This document shows positions 46,538 through 55,717 of a stretch of DNA of 64,000 bases, piece by piece (position 1 is the stretch's first letter; every line of letters starts with the position of its first letter). This DNA comes from a candidate division WWE3 bacterium (GTDB lineage: Bacteria > Patescibacteriota > WWE3 > 2-01-FULL-39-13): positions 106,270-170,269 of the forward strand of contig CALRDH010000002.1 of the NCBI GenBank assembly GCA_943354835.1. The letters run 5' to 3'. Made by a program: the position numbers and the translations under genes. Below the pieces are notes generated by a model that saw only the letters and a program-made list of their open reading frames with translations, was not told the origin of the DNA and searched no databases.

Positions 46538-46897
46538 TCACTTACTGAGTAGCATGGCCATCAAACCCAGCAAGCCAGCCGCATCATCGTCTGGAGACTG
46601 TGCGACAACGCCAGAAGCGATATCATCTCCAACCTGATCATAGCCAGTCTTTGCACCGTAGTGCCGCCGTTGTAAGGTCTGTGCCATTGCACCCATGATG
46701 CCTGTCATAGCATCTCCGTCAGGATCATCGTACAAGGTGTTGGCATGAGCTTCGTGAGCCTCGATGATATACCCTTTCGCACGTAGCGCACCAGAGATGC
46801 GGGCTCTGAAGTCCGAGTCGCTTTCACCTAGTTGTTGGCCGGGAAGTCCGAACTCACTTGCCCTTTGTGCAGTGATATCTGTACCTGATCTCATCAT
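46538..46897 (-). CDS. Hypothetical protein, visibly higher GC than its surroundings
   Basis: AGGAG RBS; GESDSDFRARI motif; 119 aa. Confidence 0.7.
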   Translation of the reverse strand: MMRSGTDITAQRASEFGLPGQQLGESDSDFRARISGALRAKGYIIEAHEAHANTLYDDPDGDAMTGIMGAMAQTLQRRHYGAKTGYDQVGDDIASGVVAQSPDDDAAGLLGLMAMLLSK

Positions 46898-46906
46898 ATT
46901 CTCCTA

Positions 46907-47298
46907 TTAACTAAAATTGAGAAAAGCACGACGGTCATAGAATGCGCCTTTGTAGAACATAGAAATGCGTTCAACACCTTGCGCATCCTTAACGGAAGTC
47001 CAGAAACCATCGGTTTTCCGTGTCCATCCAGTTGGGGGAATAACCTGGTAGAACAGGTCATCTGTCTCACCTGTGACTTGGAAACCTAACGTTTCAAGAC
47101 CAGCTTTTGAATCGCGATCTGCACCATGCTCGTGGGTGTTAACCTCACGGGCTAGTTGCCATTTCTGATTCTCGGCGACTGCTCTCTGAGTGGCTTCTTC
47201 CATACTGTAGAGCTGACGGCTTGTAAAACCTGGGTCATTCCTTTGCCGACTTCTTCAGGGCTATAGGGTGACTTGTAGGTACCACTCTTCTTGGACAT
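46907..47298 (-). pseudogene. Phage-type hypothetical gene apparently split by a 1-nt frameshift
   Basis: AAGGAGG-ATG at 47298 is 95 nt (out of frame) from the 98-aa ORF containing LGF..DDLF..PTGW..FYKGAFYDR. Confidence 0.5.
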
Positions 47299-47636
47299 GT
47301 TTGCCTCCTTGTTGCAAACTTGAACTTAAAATGTTGTTTGCTAATCCCAAATGGATAGCTTACTGAGTACTAAAATAGGTAATACACAATAAGCTACCCA
47401 TTAAGGTAAAGGCTAAATTCCGCAAATTATTAAAGTGCAAACTAACGCTAATCGTACAACAATTAGAAAAGCAATTTTTCTATAGCTATGCAATTAGTGC
47501 GGACATTATACTATATTATAGGCAAATATACAATACTATAGGGTTTGTATTTATCTAGGTGAAGTGCTCAAAAACAGCATTATGACTTATTCAAGGCAAG
47601 AATGCAGGAGAAAGAAGGACAAACTACAGGCTAGGC

Positions 47637-47861
47637 TTAAAACGGTAATACTTCTGACGATTTTACTTTTAGTGCTATACAAATATTTTCTATAACCGCA
47701 AATGTTGGGTTTTCTTCTCCACGTTCTATACCTGCATAATAAGTTACCGATATACCACTAGCTTTAGCTACTTCTTCTTGCGAAAGTTGCAAGCCCGAGC
47801 GTATTTCTCGTAGATTTTCGCCAAACTTTTGCTGGCTTTTTGGATTTACAGATGAATTCAT
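47637..47861 (-). CDS. XRE-family HTH regulator
   Basis: FGENLREIR..LSQEEVA..YYAGIERGEENPT; TATACT-6-ATG leaderless start. Confidence 0.9.
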   Translation of the reverse strand: MNSSVNPKSQQKFGENLREIRSGLQLSQEEVAKASGISVTYYAGIERGEENPTFAVIENICIALKVKSSEVLPF

Positions 47862-47936
47862 AACCATAGTATATCTCAAATTTTTATAGTTCGTCATATT
47901 TTACACTTTTTACTCTAGAAATTGCAAAATTTCCAC

Positions 47937-47978
47937 TTGACACTACAACTATAGTTGTATAAACTATAACTATAGTTA
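47937..47978 (+). promoter_or_regulatory. Recombinase-operon promoter with two palindromic operators
   Basis: TTGACA-17-TAAACT; TACAACTATAGTTGTA (47944-59) and TAACTATAGTTA (47967-78). Confidence 0.8.
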
Positions 47979-47999
47979 CAGTAATTTAGATACAAAACC

Positions 48000-48209
48000 A
48001 TGAGTAAAGAGTTACTAGAAAAATTTAAAAAGCTATATTACGAGAAGTTTGGTATTGCTCTTGGCAACGAAGAAGCAACAGCAATGGCAAATGATCTTGT
48101 TAACTTAATGAAAGTACTATTAGAACCAGATAAGTCGAAAAGTACAGAATTCAAGTTGGAAGAAAGGAGCGAATATGCGACTATCGAAACACAACAACAA
48201 TACATTTAA
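48000..48209 (+). CDS. Small protein upstream of the recombinase (directionality-factor candidate)
   Basis: 69 aa, overlaps the recombinase start and shares its promoter. Confidence 0.7.
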   Translation: MSKELLEKFKKLYYEKFGIALGNEEATAMANDLVNLMKVLLEPDKSKSTEFKLEERSEYATIETQQQYI

Positions 48210-49902
48210 TCAACAAGACAAAATACCTGTAATTAACAGGTACTTAGTTTACTGTCGAAAAAGCAGTGAATCTGATGAGCGTCAAATTCAATCACTTCCC
48301 GATCAAATACACACATTAATGACTTATGTCTCTTCTCGTGGCTTAGAAACAATTGGAGAGCCATTGCAAGAGTCAAGATCGGCAAAGATTCCGGGTAGAC
48401 CCGTGTTTGATCAACTTGTTCAAAAAATAGAAGATGGCGAAGCAAACTGTATAGTTTTATTAAACCCTTCAAGGCTTTCACGAAATACTGTTGATACAGG
48501 GAGAATTATTTACCTTATGGACCAAGGTAAACTACAGGAAGTAGTTACTCCTTACCAGACCTTTATAAATAATCCTTACGACAAGTTTATGCTTAATTTG
48601 CTTTGTACACAGGCTAAACTCGAAAATGATAACAAAAGTGTAAATGTGCGAGAGTCGTTACAACTGAAAGCTGAACGAGGTGTATTCCCAGGAAAAGCAA
48701 GACCTGGATATAAAAACAACCACGAAAAACCGCAAGGTTTGCGAGATATTTCAGCAGATCCTGTAACTTTCCCTCTTATGCGAAAGCTGTTTGATTTGGC
48801 ACTTACAGGAAATTACAGTATAGAAAAACTGATAAAAGAAGCAGGAGAACTCGGTATAAGGAGTTCAAAAAGTGGTAAGCCCATTTGCAAAAGTTGGATG
48901 CACCGTTTGCTTCGAGACCCTTTTTATACAGGTAAATTTATGTATTGCGGAAAGCTGTATGAAGGCAACCACCCTGCAATGCTCAACGATGATGAATTTA
49001 ACCTACTTCAAGATATTGTTGAAGGTAGATCAAAAGGAAAATCCAAGAAACACGATTCTGCATTAAATGGACTAATCACATGTGGCGAGTGTGGATATCG
49101 CATTACTGTAGAAACTCACACCAAGCACTATAAAAATGGCAATTCACAGGTATTTGCATACTACAGATGTACCAAAAAGGGTACAGAGTGTAAGTGTAAT
49201 CAACCATATGTTTCCACCGATAAGCTTGAAAACGAATATGTTGAGGATCTTACAAAGTTCGAGCTTATACCAGAATTTGCTGATATAGCATTCCAAGCAT
49301 TAGAAGAAGTAAAAGAAAAAGATGACCATGTAAATAAAAATAGCCATGAGGCACAGCAGAAGGCATTAGAGAATATAAACAAGAGAATTAATAACCTTGT
49401 TTCGCTTAAAATATCTCCCGATAACTCAGACGGAAGTTTGCTTTCTGACGAAGAGTTTGGAGATAGAAAACGAAACTTGCTTATTGAGAAAGAACAGTTG
49501 ATGAAAAAATTATCTCAAACTGATCCTAAAAATACCGAGTGGGCTAATATTGCAAAAGAAAGTTTTAACTTTGGATTACTAGCTGCAAAACGATTTGAAA
49601 ATGGAACCTCAGAAGCCAAAAAAATTATCTTCAATACAATCGGCTCGTACCCAAAGCTAAAAGACAAAAAACTGCAGTACAAAGCCAAATACCTGTTTTT
49701 TAAGTATAAAGAAGGGGTAAAAGAGACAAATGAGAAAATGAGTCCGCTCGTACCTGCAAACGTAGTGTCAGACCAGTCTAATCTCGAAAATTATCTAAAA
49801 AATAGTTTATGGTGCCGAGGAGAGGACTTGAACCTCCAAACCCTTTCGGGCACAGCCACCTCAAGGCTGCGCGTCTGCCATTTCGCCACCTCGGCATGGT
49901 GA
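48175..49902 (+). CDS. Large serine recombinase (resolvase + recombinase + Zn ribbon)
   Basis: YCRKSS catalytic Ser, SAK..GRP.F, RLSRN, LITCGECG, YYRC; last 30 codons are the antisense of tRNA-Leu. Confidence 0.95.
   Translation: MRLSKHNNNTFNQQDKIPVINRYLVYCRKSSESDERQIQSLPDQIHTLMTYVSSRGLETIGEPLQESRSAKIPGRPVFDQLVQKIEDGEANCIVLLNPSRLSRNTVDTGRIIYLMDQGKLQEVVTPYQTFINNPYDKFMLNLLCTQAKLENDNKSVNVRESLQLKAERGVFPGKARPGYKNNHEKPQGLRDISADPVTFPLMRKLFDLALTGNYSIEKLIKEAGELGIRSSKSGKPICKSWMHRLLRDPFYTGKFMYCGKLYEGNHPAMLNDDEFNLLQDIVEGRSKGKSKKHDSALNGLITCGECGYRITVETHTKHYKNGNSQVFAYYRCTKKGTECKCNQPYVSTDKLENEYVEDLTKFELIPEFADIAFQALEEVKEKDDHVNKNSHEAQQKALENINKRINNLVSLKISPDNSDGSLLSDEEFGDRKRNLLIEKEQLMKKLSQTDPKNTEWANIAKESFNFGLLAAKRFENGTSEAKKIIFNTIGSYPKLKDKKLQYKAKYLFFKYKEGVKETNEKMSPLVPANVVSDQSNLENYLKNSLWCRGEDLNLQTLSGTATSRLRVCHFATSAW
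49810..49895 (-). tRNA. tRNA-Leu(GAG), integration target
   Basis: Anticodon arm CAGCC-TTGAGGT-GGCTG, long variable arm, encoded CCA. Confidence 0.95.
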
Positions 49903-49925
49903 CCATACAATTTCTCTGGTTTCTC

Positions 49926-50002
49926 TGGTGGTTGAGACTGGGTTCGAACCAGTGACCTTTCGGATGTAAACCGAATGCTCTAACCAGCTGAGCTACTCAA
50001 CC
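49926..50002 (-). tRNA. tRNA-Val(TAC)
   Basis: Anticodon arm TTCGG-TTTACAT-CCGAA, encoded CCA. Confidence 0.95.
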
Positions 50003-50051
50003 ATTTTTGCTTAGGTAATTTTATCATAAAGTTTGCTAGAATCCTTTTTAT

Positions 50052-50750
50052 ATGAAAAATATAATAAATTACACAATCGTCGGTCTTATGGTTTGCGCTT
50101 TAGCCTATGCCGGATATTACTCATGGAGTATGAAAAAGGCTCCGGAAACTCCTCAAGTTGCTGAATCACAAAAGATAGCGGAGACACCTGTGGTTCCGAC
50201 TCCTTCAATTCCTGAAACAAAAACCCCAATTACAGATGATACAATTTTGACAATGGAACAAAAAACAAATTTACCAAAACCAGAAATGACGATTGATGCA
50301 AATAAGAAGTATTCAGTTTTAATGCAAACTTCTGAAGGAGATATTACGATTCAGTTAAATCCAAAAGATGCTCCTGTTACTGTGAATAATTTTGTTTACT
50401 TAGCAAATTTAGGTTTTTATAATGGATTAACTTTTCATAGAGTTATAGAAGGATTCATGATTCAAGGCGGAGACCCACTTGGAAGTGGTGCGGGAGGTCC
50501 TGGTTACAATTTTGAGGATGAAATTAGTGCAAATAATAAAAACGTACGTGGATCAATATCAATGGCGAATGCTGGTCCAAATACAAACGGAAGTCAGTTC
50601 TTTATTAACCAAGTTGATAACAACTTTTTAGATGCAAAACACACAGTATTTGGAAATGTAACTTCTGGTCTTGAGGTCGTTGATAAAATCGCCAAAATGG
50701 CGAATCAAAGTCCAGCTATTATGAATACTGTAAAAATTACGGTTGAGTAA
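50052..50750 (+). CDS. Cyclophilin-type peptidyl-prolyl isomerase, membrane anchored
   Basis: FHRVIEGFMIQGGDP, SMANAGPNTNGSQFFI, HTVFG. Confidence 0.95.
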   Translation: MKNIINYTIVGLMVCALAYAGYYSWSMKKAPETPQVAESQKIAETPVVPTPSIPETKTPITDDTILTMEQKTNLPKPEMTIDANKKYSVLMQTSEGDITIQLNPKDAPVTVNNFVYLANLGFYNGLTFHRVIEGFMIQGGDPLGSGAGGPGYNFEDEISANNKNVRGSISMANAGPNTNGSQFFINQVDNNFLDAKHTVFGNVTSGLEVVDKIAKMANQSPAIMNTVKITVE

Positions 50751-51342
50751 AAAGCTCTGAAACTTTATTCCAGTTTACTAATTTCCACCAAGCAGAAATG
50801 TAATCTGCGCGTTTGTTTTGATAATTAAGATAATATGCGTGTTCCCAAACATCAAGTCCTAAAATTGGTTTATCACCTTGCATTAGTGGACTATCTTGAT
50901 TTGCTGTTGAATAAACATCCAATTCTCCAGATGGCTTAACGACAAGCCATGCCCATCCACTTCCAAATTTTGTTAAAGCTGCATTGCTGAATTTCTCTTT
51001 AAATGCCTCAATAGATTCGAATTTTGAATTAATTGCAGCGACAAGATCGGCACTTGGTAAAGTTTCTTTTTCCGGGGTCATGATTTCCCAAAACAAAGTA
51101 TGATTTGCATGGCCACCGCCATGATTTTGAATTGCAGTGCGAATATCTTCTGGAAGTGATTTAATATCTGTAAGCAATTCTTCTACAGCTTTTTCTTGTA
51201 ATTCTGCGTGTGTCGAAAGTGCATCATTTAATTTTGTAATATAAGTCGTATGGTGCTTAGTAAAATGGATTTCCATTGTTTTGGAATCAATAATAGGTTC
51301 AAGCGCGGAAAATTGGTAAGGTAATTCTTTTTGTGTAAACAT
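50737..51342 (-). CDS. sodA: Mn/Fe superoxide dismutase
   Basis: HFTKHH, NHGGGHANH, FGSGWAWL, NQD, DVWEHAYY. Confidence 0.95.
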   Translation of the reverse strand: MFTQKELPYQFSALEPIIDSKTMEIHFTKHHTTYITKLNDALSTHAELQEKAVEELLTDIKSLPEDIRTAIQNHGGGHANHTLFWEIMTPEKETLPSADLVAAINSKFESIEAFKEKFSNAALTKFGSGWAWLVVKPSGELDVYSTANQDSPLMQGDKPILGLDVWEHAYYLNYQNKRADYISAWWKLVNWNKVSELFTQP

Positions 51343-51392
51343 ACACTACTTGTAACATATTGATAGAGGTCTATCAACGAGATGGAAGATTC

Positions 51393-51467
51393 TGGAGCGG
51401 GTGGCGGGAATCGAACCCGCATCTTTTCTTTGGAAAAGAAAAATAATAACCATTATACGACACCCGC
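51393..51467 (-). tRNA. tRNA-Gly(TCC)
   Basis: Anticodon arm TTTCT-TTTCCAA-AGAAA, GGTTCGATTCC, TCCA end. Confidence 0.92.
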
Positions 51468-51526
51468 TTGTTCGCGGTGCTCACTTGCGTGCGTCGTGGC
51501 TGAGTACAGCTTACGACACCCGCTTG
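51456..51526. repeat. 15-bp direct repeat of the tRNA-Gly 5' end flanking a hairpin
   Basis: TACGACACCCGCTTG at 51456 and 51512; GTGCTCA..TGAGTAC between. Confidence 0.75.
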
Positions 51527-51535
51527 CATGCACAT

Positions 51536-52087
51536 TTATTTTACCATAACCTTTTTCTTGTCTATGAATTTTGTTATGTCTTCTTTTGTAAGTAGTACCG
51601 ATTCAGTGCAAAAGCTGACCATTGCAACGCTTGGCATGTGAGAAAACCCTACGTATTTAACAACCTTCCCTTTTTCTCGTGCTTTTTTAATTGCTGGTGC
51701 TAGGTCTGTGTCTGATGATACGACTAAGATTTTATCGAATTTTTGTTCGTACGCAGCAACAACCATATCAACAGCAATTTGAACATCAACACCTTTTTCG
51801 TGAAAAACGTCACCGGATTTTAATAGATATCCAAGTGAAAATCGTATTTTGTGTTTTTTTAAATTCCCTATTAGCTTTTGTTGAGCATTAAAAAGTTTGT
51901 CAGTTTTTTCTGTGCTATCCTGTTTAATTCGTCCGACATAATAACAAATATCTGTATTTTTACTTGAATGAGTTAAAAAGTTTACAAACTTTGTAAAGTT
52001 AAAAGAAAGTAGATTGTGGAGTTTTAGATCTTTTAGTTTAAAGTAGAAATTACTGCCGTCTATAAGTATCAAACATCGTTCATTCAT
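51536..52087 (-). CDS. NYN (LabA/DUF88) domain protein
   Basis: LIDGSNFY, EKGVDVQIAVD, VSSDTDL.P. Confidence 0.92.
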   Translation of the reverse strand: MNERCLILIDGSNFYFKLKDLKLHNLLSFNFTKFVNFLTHSSKNTDICYYVGRIKQDSTEKTDKLFNAQQKLIGNLKKHKIRFSLGYLLKSGDVFHEKGVDVQIAVDMVVAAYEQKFDKILVVSSDTDLAPAIKKAREKGKVVKYVGFSHMPSVAMVSFCTESVLLTKEDITKFIDKKKVMVK

Positions 52088-52158
52088 AAATTTTAAAAGC
52101 CCTGCAAATGCCTTTCGACCTCACAGGGCGGTTTAGTGAGTCCATCTTATCAAAAATA

Positions 52159-53220
52159 TCACCTAACCACAACATCATGAGCGCCACTTTCGCGCATTCC
52201 TCCAGGCGTAATTTGTATGAACTTTGCCTTTTCCTGAAGCTCTTTTAGGTTCTTTGCTCCACAGTATGAAAATCCAGATCTAATTCCTGCGCAAAGTCCA
52301 TCAACAACGGACTCAAGTGAGCCTCGATATTCGACCATGCCTTCCACTCCTTCGATGTGGACTGTATATTTTTCACTTTTATCACTCGAATCTTTTTTAA
52401 CTTGGTTAACTTTTTCAGCTTTAGATGCGGATCCATTATAGTGTTTATATTTCTTACCATTAAATTCAAATATTTCGCCTGGGCATTCATCAGTTCCTGC
52501 AAATATAAAGCCAGAAACCGTTGCGCTTGCGCCAGTTGCGAGTGCTTTAACTATATCGCCGGAATTTTTGATGCCTCCACATGGCACAAATGTTTTATTA
52601 AATTCTTTTGCTGCTTTTGCCGTTTCTACAAGTGATGTAAACACTGGAACGCCACATCCTGTTTGAATTCTTGTTATGCAAATCGAACCTGATCCAACGC
52701 CAACAAATATACTATCTGCACCGGCTTCGTATAAATCTCTGGCACATTCATATGTTGCAGCAATTCCGCCAAAGATCGTTAAATCTGGTCCAAATTCGTG
52801 ACGTAGGTTTTTAATTGCTTCGATTGTTTGCTGCATATGACCATGTGCGACATCAACGTTAATTCCAATTGCACCAGCATTTACAAGAATTTTTGCTCGT
52901 TCCATATATCCGTTTTTTACACCTAACGAAACAACGATTTGTGCTTTTGATTTCACGATTTCAGAAACTTTATCTGCTTGAATTTCAATTGCGTCAAATC
53001 TAGGAAGAACTCCGATTCCTCCTAACTTATATATGGCCTTTGCCATTTCGACGCCGGTAATAGTATCCATATTAGTCGGAATCAAAGGAATTTTTAGTTT
53101 TAAATTCTTTGAAATAACGGTTGAAAGATCAACGTCTTTGCGAGATTTTATTTCAGAATATTGAGGTACAAGTAAAACATCATCTAACGAAAGTGCTAAA
53201 GGTAGATCGTAATTAACCAC
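52159..53220 (-). CDS. IMPDH/GMP reductase family enzyme without CBS domains (probably GMP reductase)
   Basis: DDVLLVP, NMDT, DVAHGH, GVGSGSICITR, YNGSAS, EGVEG; GTG start inferred. Confidence 0.85.
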   Translation of the reverse strand: MVNYDLPLALSLDDVLLVPQYSEIKSRKDVDLSTVISKNLKLKIPLIPTNMDTITGVEMAKAIYKLGGIGVLPRFDAIEIQADKVSEIVKSKAQIVVSLGVKNGYMERAKILVNAGAIGINVDVAHGHMQQTIEAIKNLRHEFGPDLTIFGGIAATYECARDLYEAGADSIFVGVGSGSICITRIQTGCGVPVFTSLVETAKAAKEFNKTFVPCGGIKNSGDIVKALATGASATVSGFIFAGTDECPGEIFEFNGKKYKHYNGSASKAEKVNQVKKDSSDKSEKYTVHIEGVEGMVEYRGSLESVVDGLCAGIRSGFSYCGAKNLKELQEKAKFIQITPGGMRESGAHDVVVR

Positions 53221-53276
53221 GAACTGAATCGTAATACAAAAGTTAAAAGATGGCAAATTTTTCTATCTGTGATTTT

Positions 53277-53537
53277 TTAACCATATAATTCAGTATGCGA
53301 ACCAATCAGTACAAAAATAACAATCGCTTCACCTTTTTTTAGGTATAATGCTCTCAAATCGCCATTAACATTTAGGCTAAAATAACCTGAGAATTTACCT
53401 ATAAGTGGATGTACGTGTAGTTGAGGCGTCGACGGGTTTGAGAGAAATAACAATAAACGCTTATCGAATTGGACTTGAAATTTTTTCGGAAGCTTTTTGT
53501 ATTGTTTCTTAAATTGAGAAGTGTATTGAATAACCAT
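53277..53537 (-). CDS. RelE/YafQ-family toxin
   Basis: F.KQYKKL, LHVHPL.G, GDLR, IGSHTELYG. Confidence 0.88.
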   Translation of the reverse strand: MVIQYTSQFKKQYKKLPKKFQVQFDKRLLLFLSNPSTPQLHVHPLIGKFSGYFSLNVNGDLRALYLKKGEAIVIFVLIGSHTELYG

Positions 53538-53545
53538 ACCGACTT

Positions 53546-53815
53546 CTATTTTTTGAGATCAGTCAAAAAATCATTTGCATTATCGAACTTTTTGCTAACA
53601 TTGCCAGACTGCAAGTCAGCTTCTATGTCTGCAATAAGACTTTCAAGTTTTGGTGTCATTTGTTCTGGGGCATAAAGTTCAATCCTGCGTGTATACACAA
53701 CTTGTCGCAAATAAGCGGAAATTAGAGTGCCGAGTTTCAAACCAGCACTTTCTGCAACCTCTTGAGCCAAATTCTTAAGCTTTTTATCAATTCGAACACT
53801 AATTACGGTATTCAT
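53546..53815 (-). CDS. RelB/DinJ-family antitoxin
   Basis: VISVRIDKKLK..A..VA..GL.L...I.AYLRQ; TTGACA promoter with ACTACAAA-N8-TTTGTAGT operator at 53816-53839. Confidence 0.88.
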   Translation of the reverse strand: MNTVISVRIDKKLKNLAQEVAESAGLKLGTLISAYLRQVVYTRRIELYAPEQMTPKLESLIADIEADLQSGNVSKKFDNANDFLTDLKK

Positions 53816-53953
53816 ACTACAAAATATATACTTTGTAGTTGCTTTGTCAAGGAGGCGAAAAATTGAACCCTTATCTCTTCCTTGGCGTTCTTTCAGAATA
53901 TCAGAATGAGCCAAAAAAGTTTTTATCAATTCAAAATATGCTAATATTTTTTT

Positions 53954-54367
53954 ATGTTTAGCGGAACAGCAATACTCGTTTGGTCAGAAAACCCAGATAA
54001 ATTAATGGAGTTTTACAGGGATGTTCTTGAATTAAAACTTGATGAGAAAACTGATATACCAGAAAAAAATGGTATTGCTTCTGACTATGGATATATGTTT
54101 TTTGTTTCTGAAAGCGGAGATAAAGTTTGGATTGGTCGTCATTCAGAAGTAAAAGGCGTTAGCAAAGAACCTATTCGCATAATGCACAATCTTTATACAG
54201 ATGATGTCGAGAAATGGTATGAAAAAATTAAAAAATCTGGATGCATAATTTTATGTGAACCAACTAAAACACCATTCTTCTCTGATTCATTACCTTGGTA
54301 TGTATCGACATTTTTAGACCCAGACGGCAATGCCTGGCAATTTATGGGAACACTAAGGAGTAGATGA
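53954..54367 (+). CDS. VOC/glyoxalase family protein
   Basis: FYRDVLEL, FLDPDGNAWQ. Confidence 0.85.
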   Translation: MFSGTAILVWSENPDKLMEFYRDVLELKLDEKTDIPEKNGIASDYGYMFFVSESGDKVWIGRHSEVKGVSKEPIRIMHNLYTDDVEKWYEKIKKSGCIILCEPTKTPFFSDSLPWYVSTFLDPDGNAWQFMGTLRSR

Positions 54368-54401
54368 TGTATATATTGTAGCGAGTATAGTTATATCAAT
54401 A

Positions 54402-54998
54402 ATGCAAAAAGTACATAAAGTTATTATTATTCCTGGTCTTGGAGATGATACTCAGAAAGTCGAATGGGCTGTAAAAAACTGGAAGAATTACGGATTAGAA
54501 ACAGTAGTTCATGCTGTCGGTTGGCGAGATGGCGAAAATGATTTTGAACCCAAATTGCATAGAGTTACAGATATGATTGATCTTTTTGTAAAGCAAGGAA
54601 ACTTAGTTTCTTTAGTTGGAACAAGCGCTGGAGGAAGTGCTGTTTTAAATGCTTTCATGGATCGCAAAGATTCAATACATAAAGTTGTAAATGTATGCGG
54701 ACGTTTGCGTGTAGGACCAACTTCTGGTTTTCGATCTTTTGAAGCAAAAACACGCCCTAGTAAGCCTTTTGCGCAATCGGTAAAACTTTGTGAAAGTAGA
54801 CTTGAATCGCTATCTGAAATTGATCTAAAAAAAATAATGACAGTATGCCCAATGTTTGGAGATGAGGCCGTTCCTTCTGAAACCACGATTATACAAGGAG
54901 CCCTAAATACCAAAGTTCCAACCACAGAGCACATACTTAGTATCGCAGCAGCGCTAACAATATTTTCGAAGCGGATGATGCAATTTTTGATATACTGA
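54402..54998 (+). CDS. Alpha/beta hydrolase
   Basis: IIPGLG, nucleophile elbow GTSAGG, D..VP, H. Confidence 0.8.
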   Translation: MQKVHKVIIIPGLGDDTQKVEWAVKNWKNYGLETVVHAVGWRDGENDFEPKLHRVTDMIDLFVKQGNLVSLVGTSAGGSAVLNAFMDRKDSIHKVVNVCGRLRVGPTSGFRSFEAKTRPSKPFAQSVKLCESRLESLSEIDLKKIMTVCPMFGDEAVPSETTIIQGALNTKVPTTEHILSIAAALTIFSKRMMQFLIY

Positions 54999-55002
54999 AC
55001 TT

Positions 55003-55668
55003 ATGATTAAAGCAGTTCTCTTCGACATGAATGGCATCATTATTGATGATGAGCATATTCATGAAATGGCCTTCAAGGAAACAGTAAAACCATATGGAAT
55101 TGAAATGGATCATTCAACATATCTAAGTTGTTGTGCTGGACAAACAGATCGAGCTGGTTATGAACAAATAGCAAGCACTTTTTCTAAAAATTTACCCATT
55201 GATGATTTGCTTTTGCAAAAATCTCAAATGTATCTCAAATTATTTCCTGCTAATAAAAAAGATTATCCAAAAGTTATTGATCTTATTCATTCTTTGGCTA
55301 AAAACTTTACATTAGCATTAACTTCAAGTTCATCAAGAGCAGAAGTCGATTTAATTACGAAAGAATTCGATATCGATCATGAATTTAGTATAACTATTTC
55401 AGCGGATGACGCTACAAAAGGTAAACCAAATCCAGAACCTTATTTAATAACTGCTCAAAAGCTTAATCTCCAGACTAAAGAATGTGTTGTGATAGAAGAT
55501 TCTCATAGCGGAGTATTATCTGCAAAAGCAGCTGGGTGTTATTGTATCGGTGTAACTACAACTCACTCCAAAGAAGACCTAAAGGAAGCTGACCTTGTTG
55601 TTGGTGATTTTTCACAAATAAATACAGAAGTTATTCAAAAGCTTGCTTTTCAGAATAAATCAGATTAA
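55003..55668 (+). CDS. HAD family phosphatase (beta-PGM-like)
   Basis: FDMNGIIID (DxN variant), TSSS, GKPNPEPY, IEDS. Confidence 0.88.
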   Translation: MIKAVLFDMNGIIIDDEHIHEMAFKETVKPYGIEMDHSTYLSCCAGQTDRAGYEQIASTFSKNLPIDDLLLQKSQMYLKLFPANKKDYPKVIDLIHSLAKNFTLALTSSSSRAEVDLITKEFDIDHEFSITISADDATKGKPNPEPYLITAQKLNLQTKECVVIEDSHSGVLSAKAAGCYCIGVTTTHSKEDLKEADLVVGDFSQINTEVIQKLAFQNKSD

Positions 55669-55717
55669 TTCTAAGAAATAGAAGATACAAAAAAATTTCT
55701 GCAGAAACCAATCAATG

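Larger units (their letters stand above)
24026..49815. mobile_element. Integrative conjugative-like element inserted at the 3' end of tRNA-Leu(GAG)
   Basis: Large serine recombinase running into the tRNA; TGGTGC core at 24026 and 49810; in-frame alternative recombinase tail at the left end; T4SS, coupling protein, relaxase-like and defence cargo between. Confidence 0.85.
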
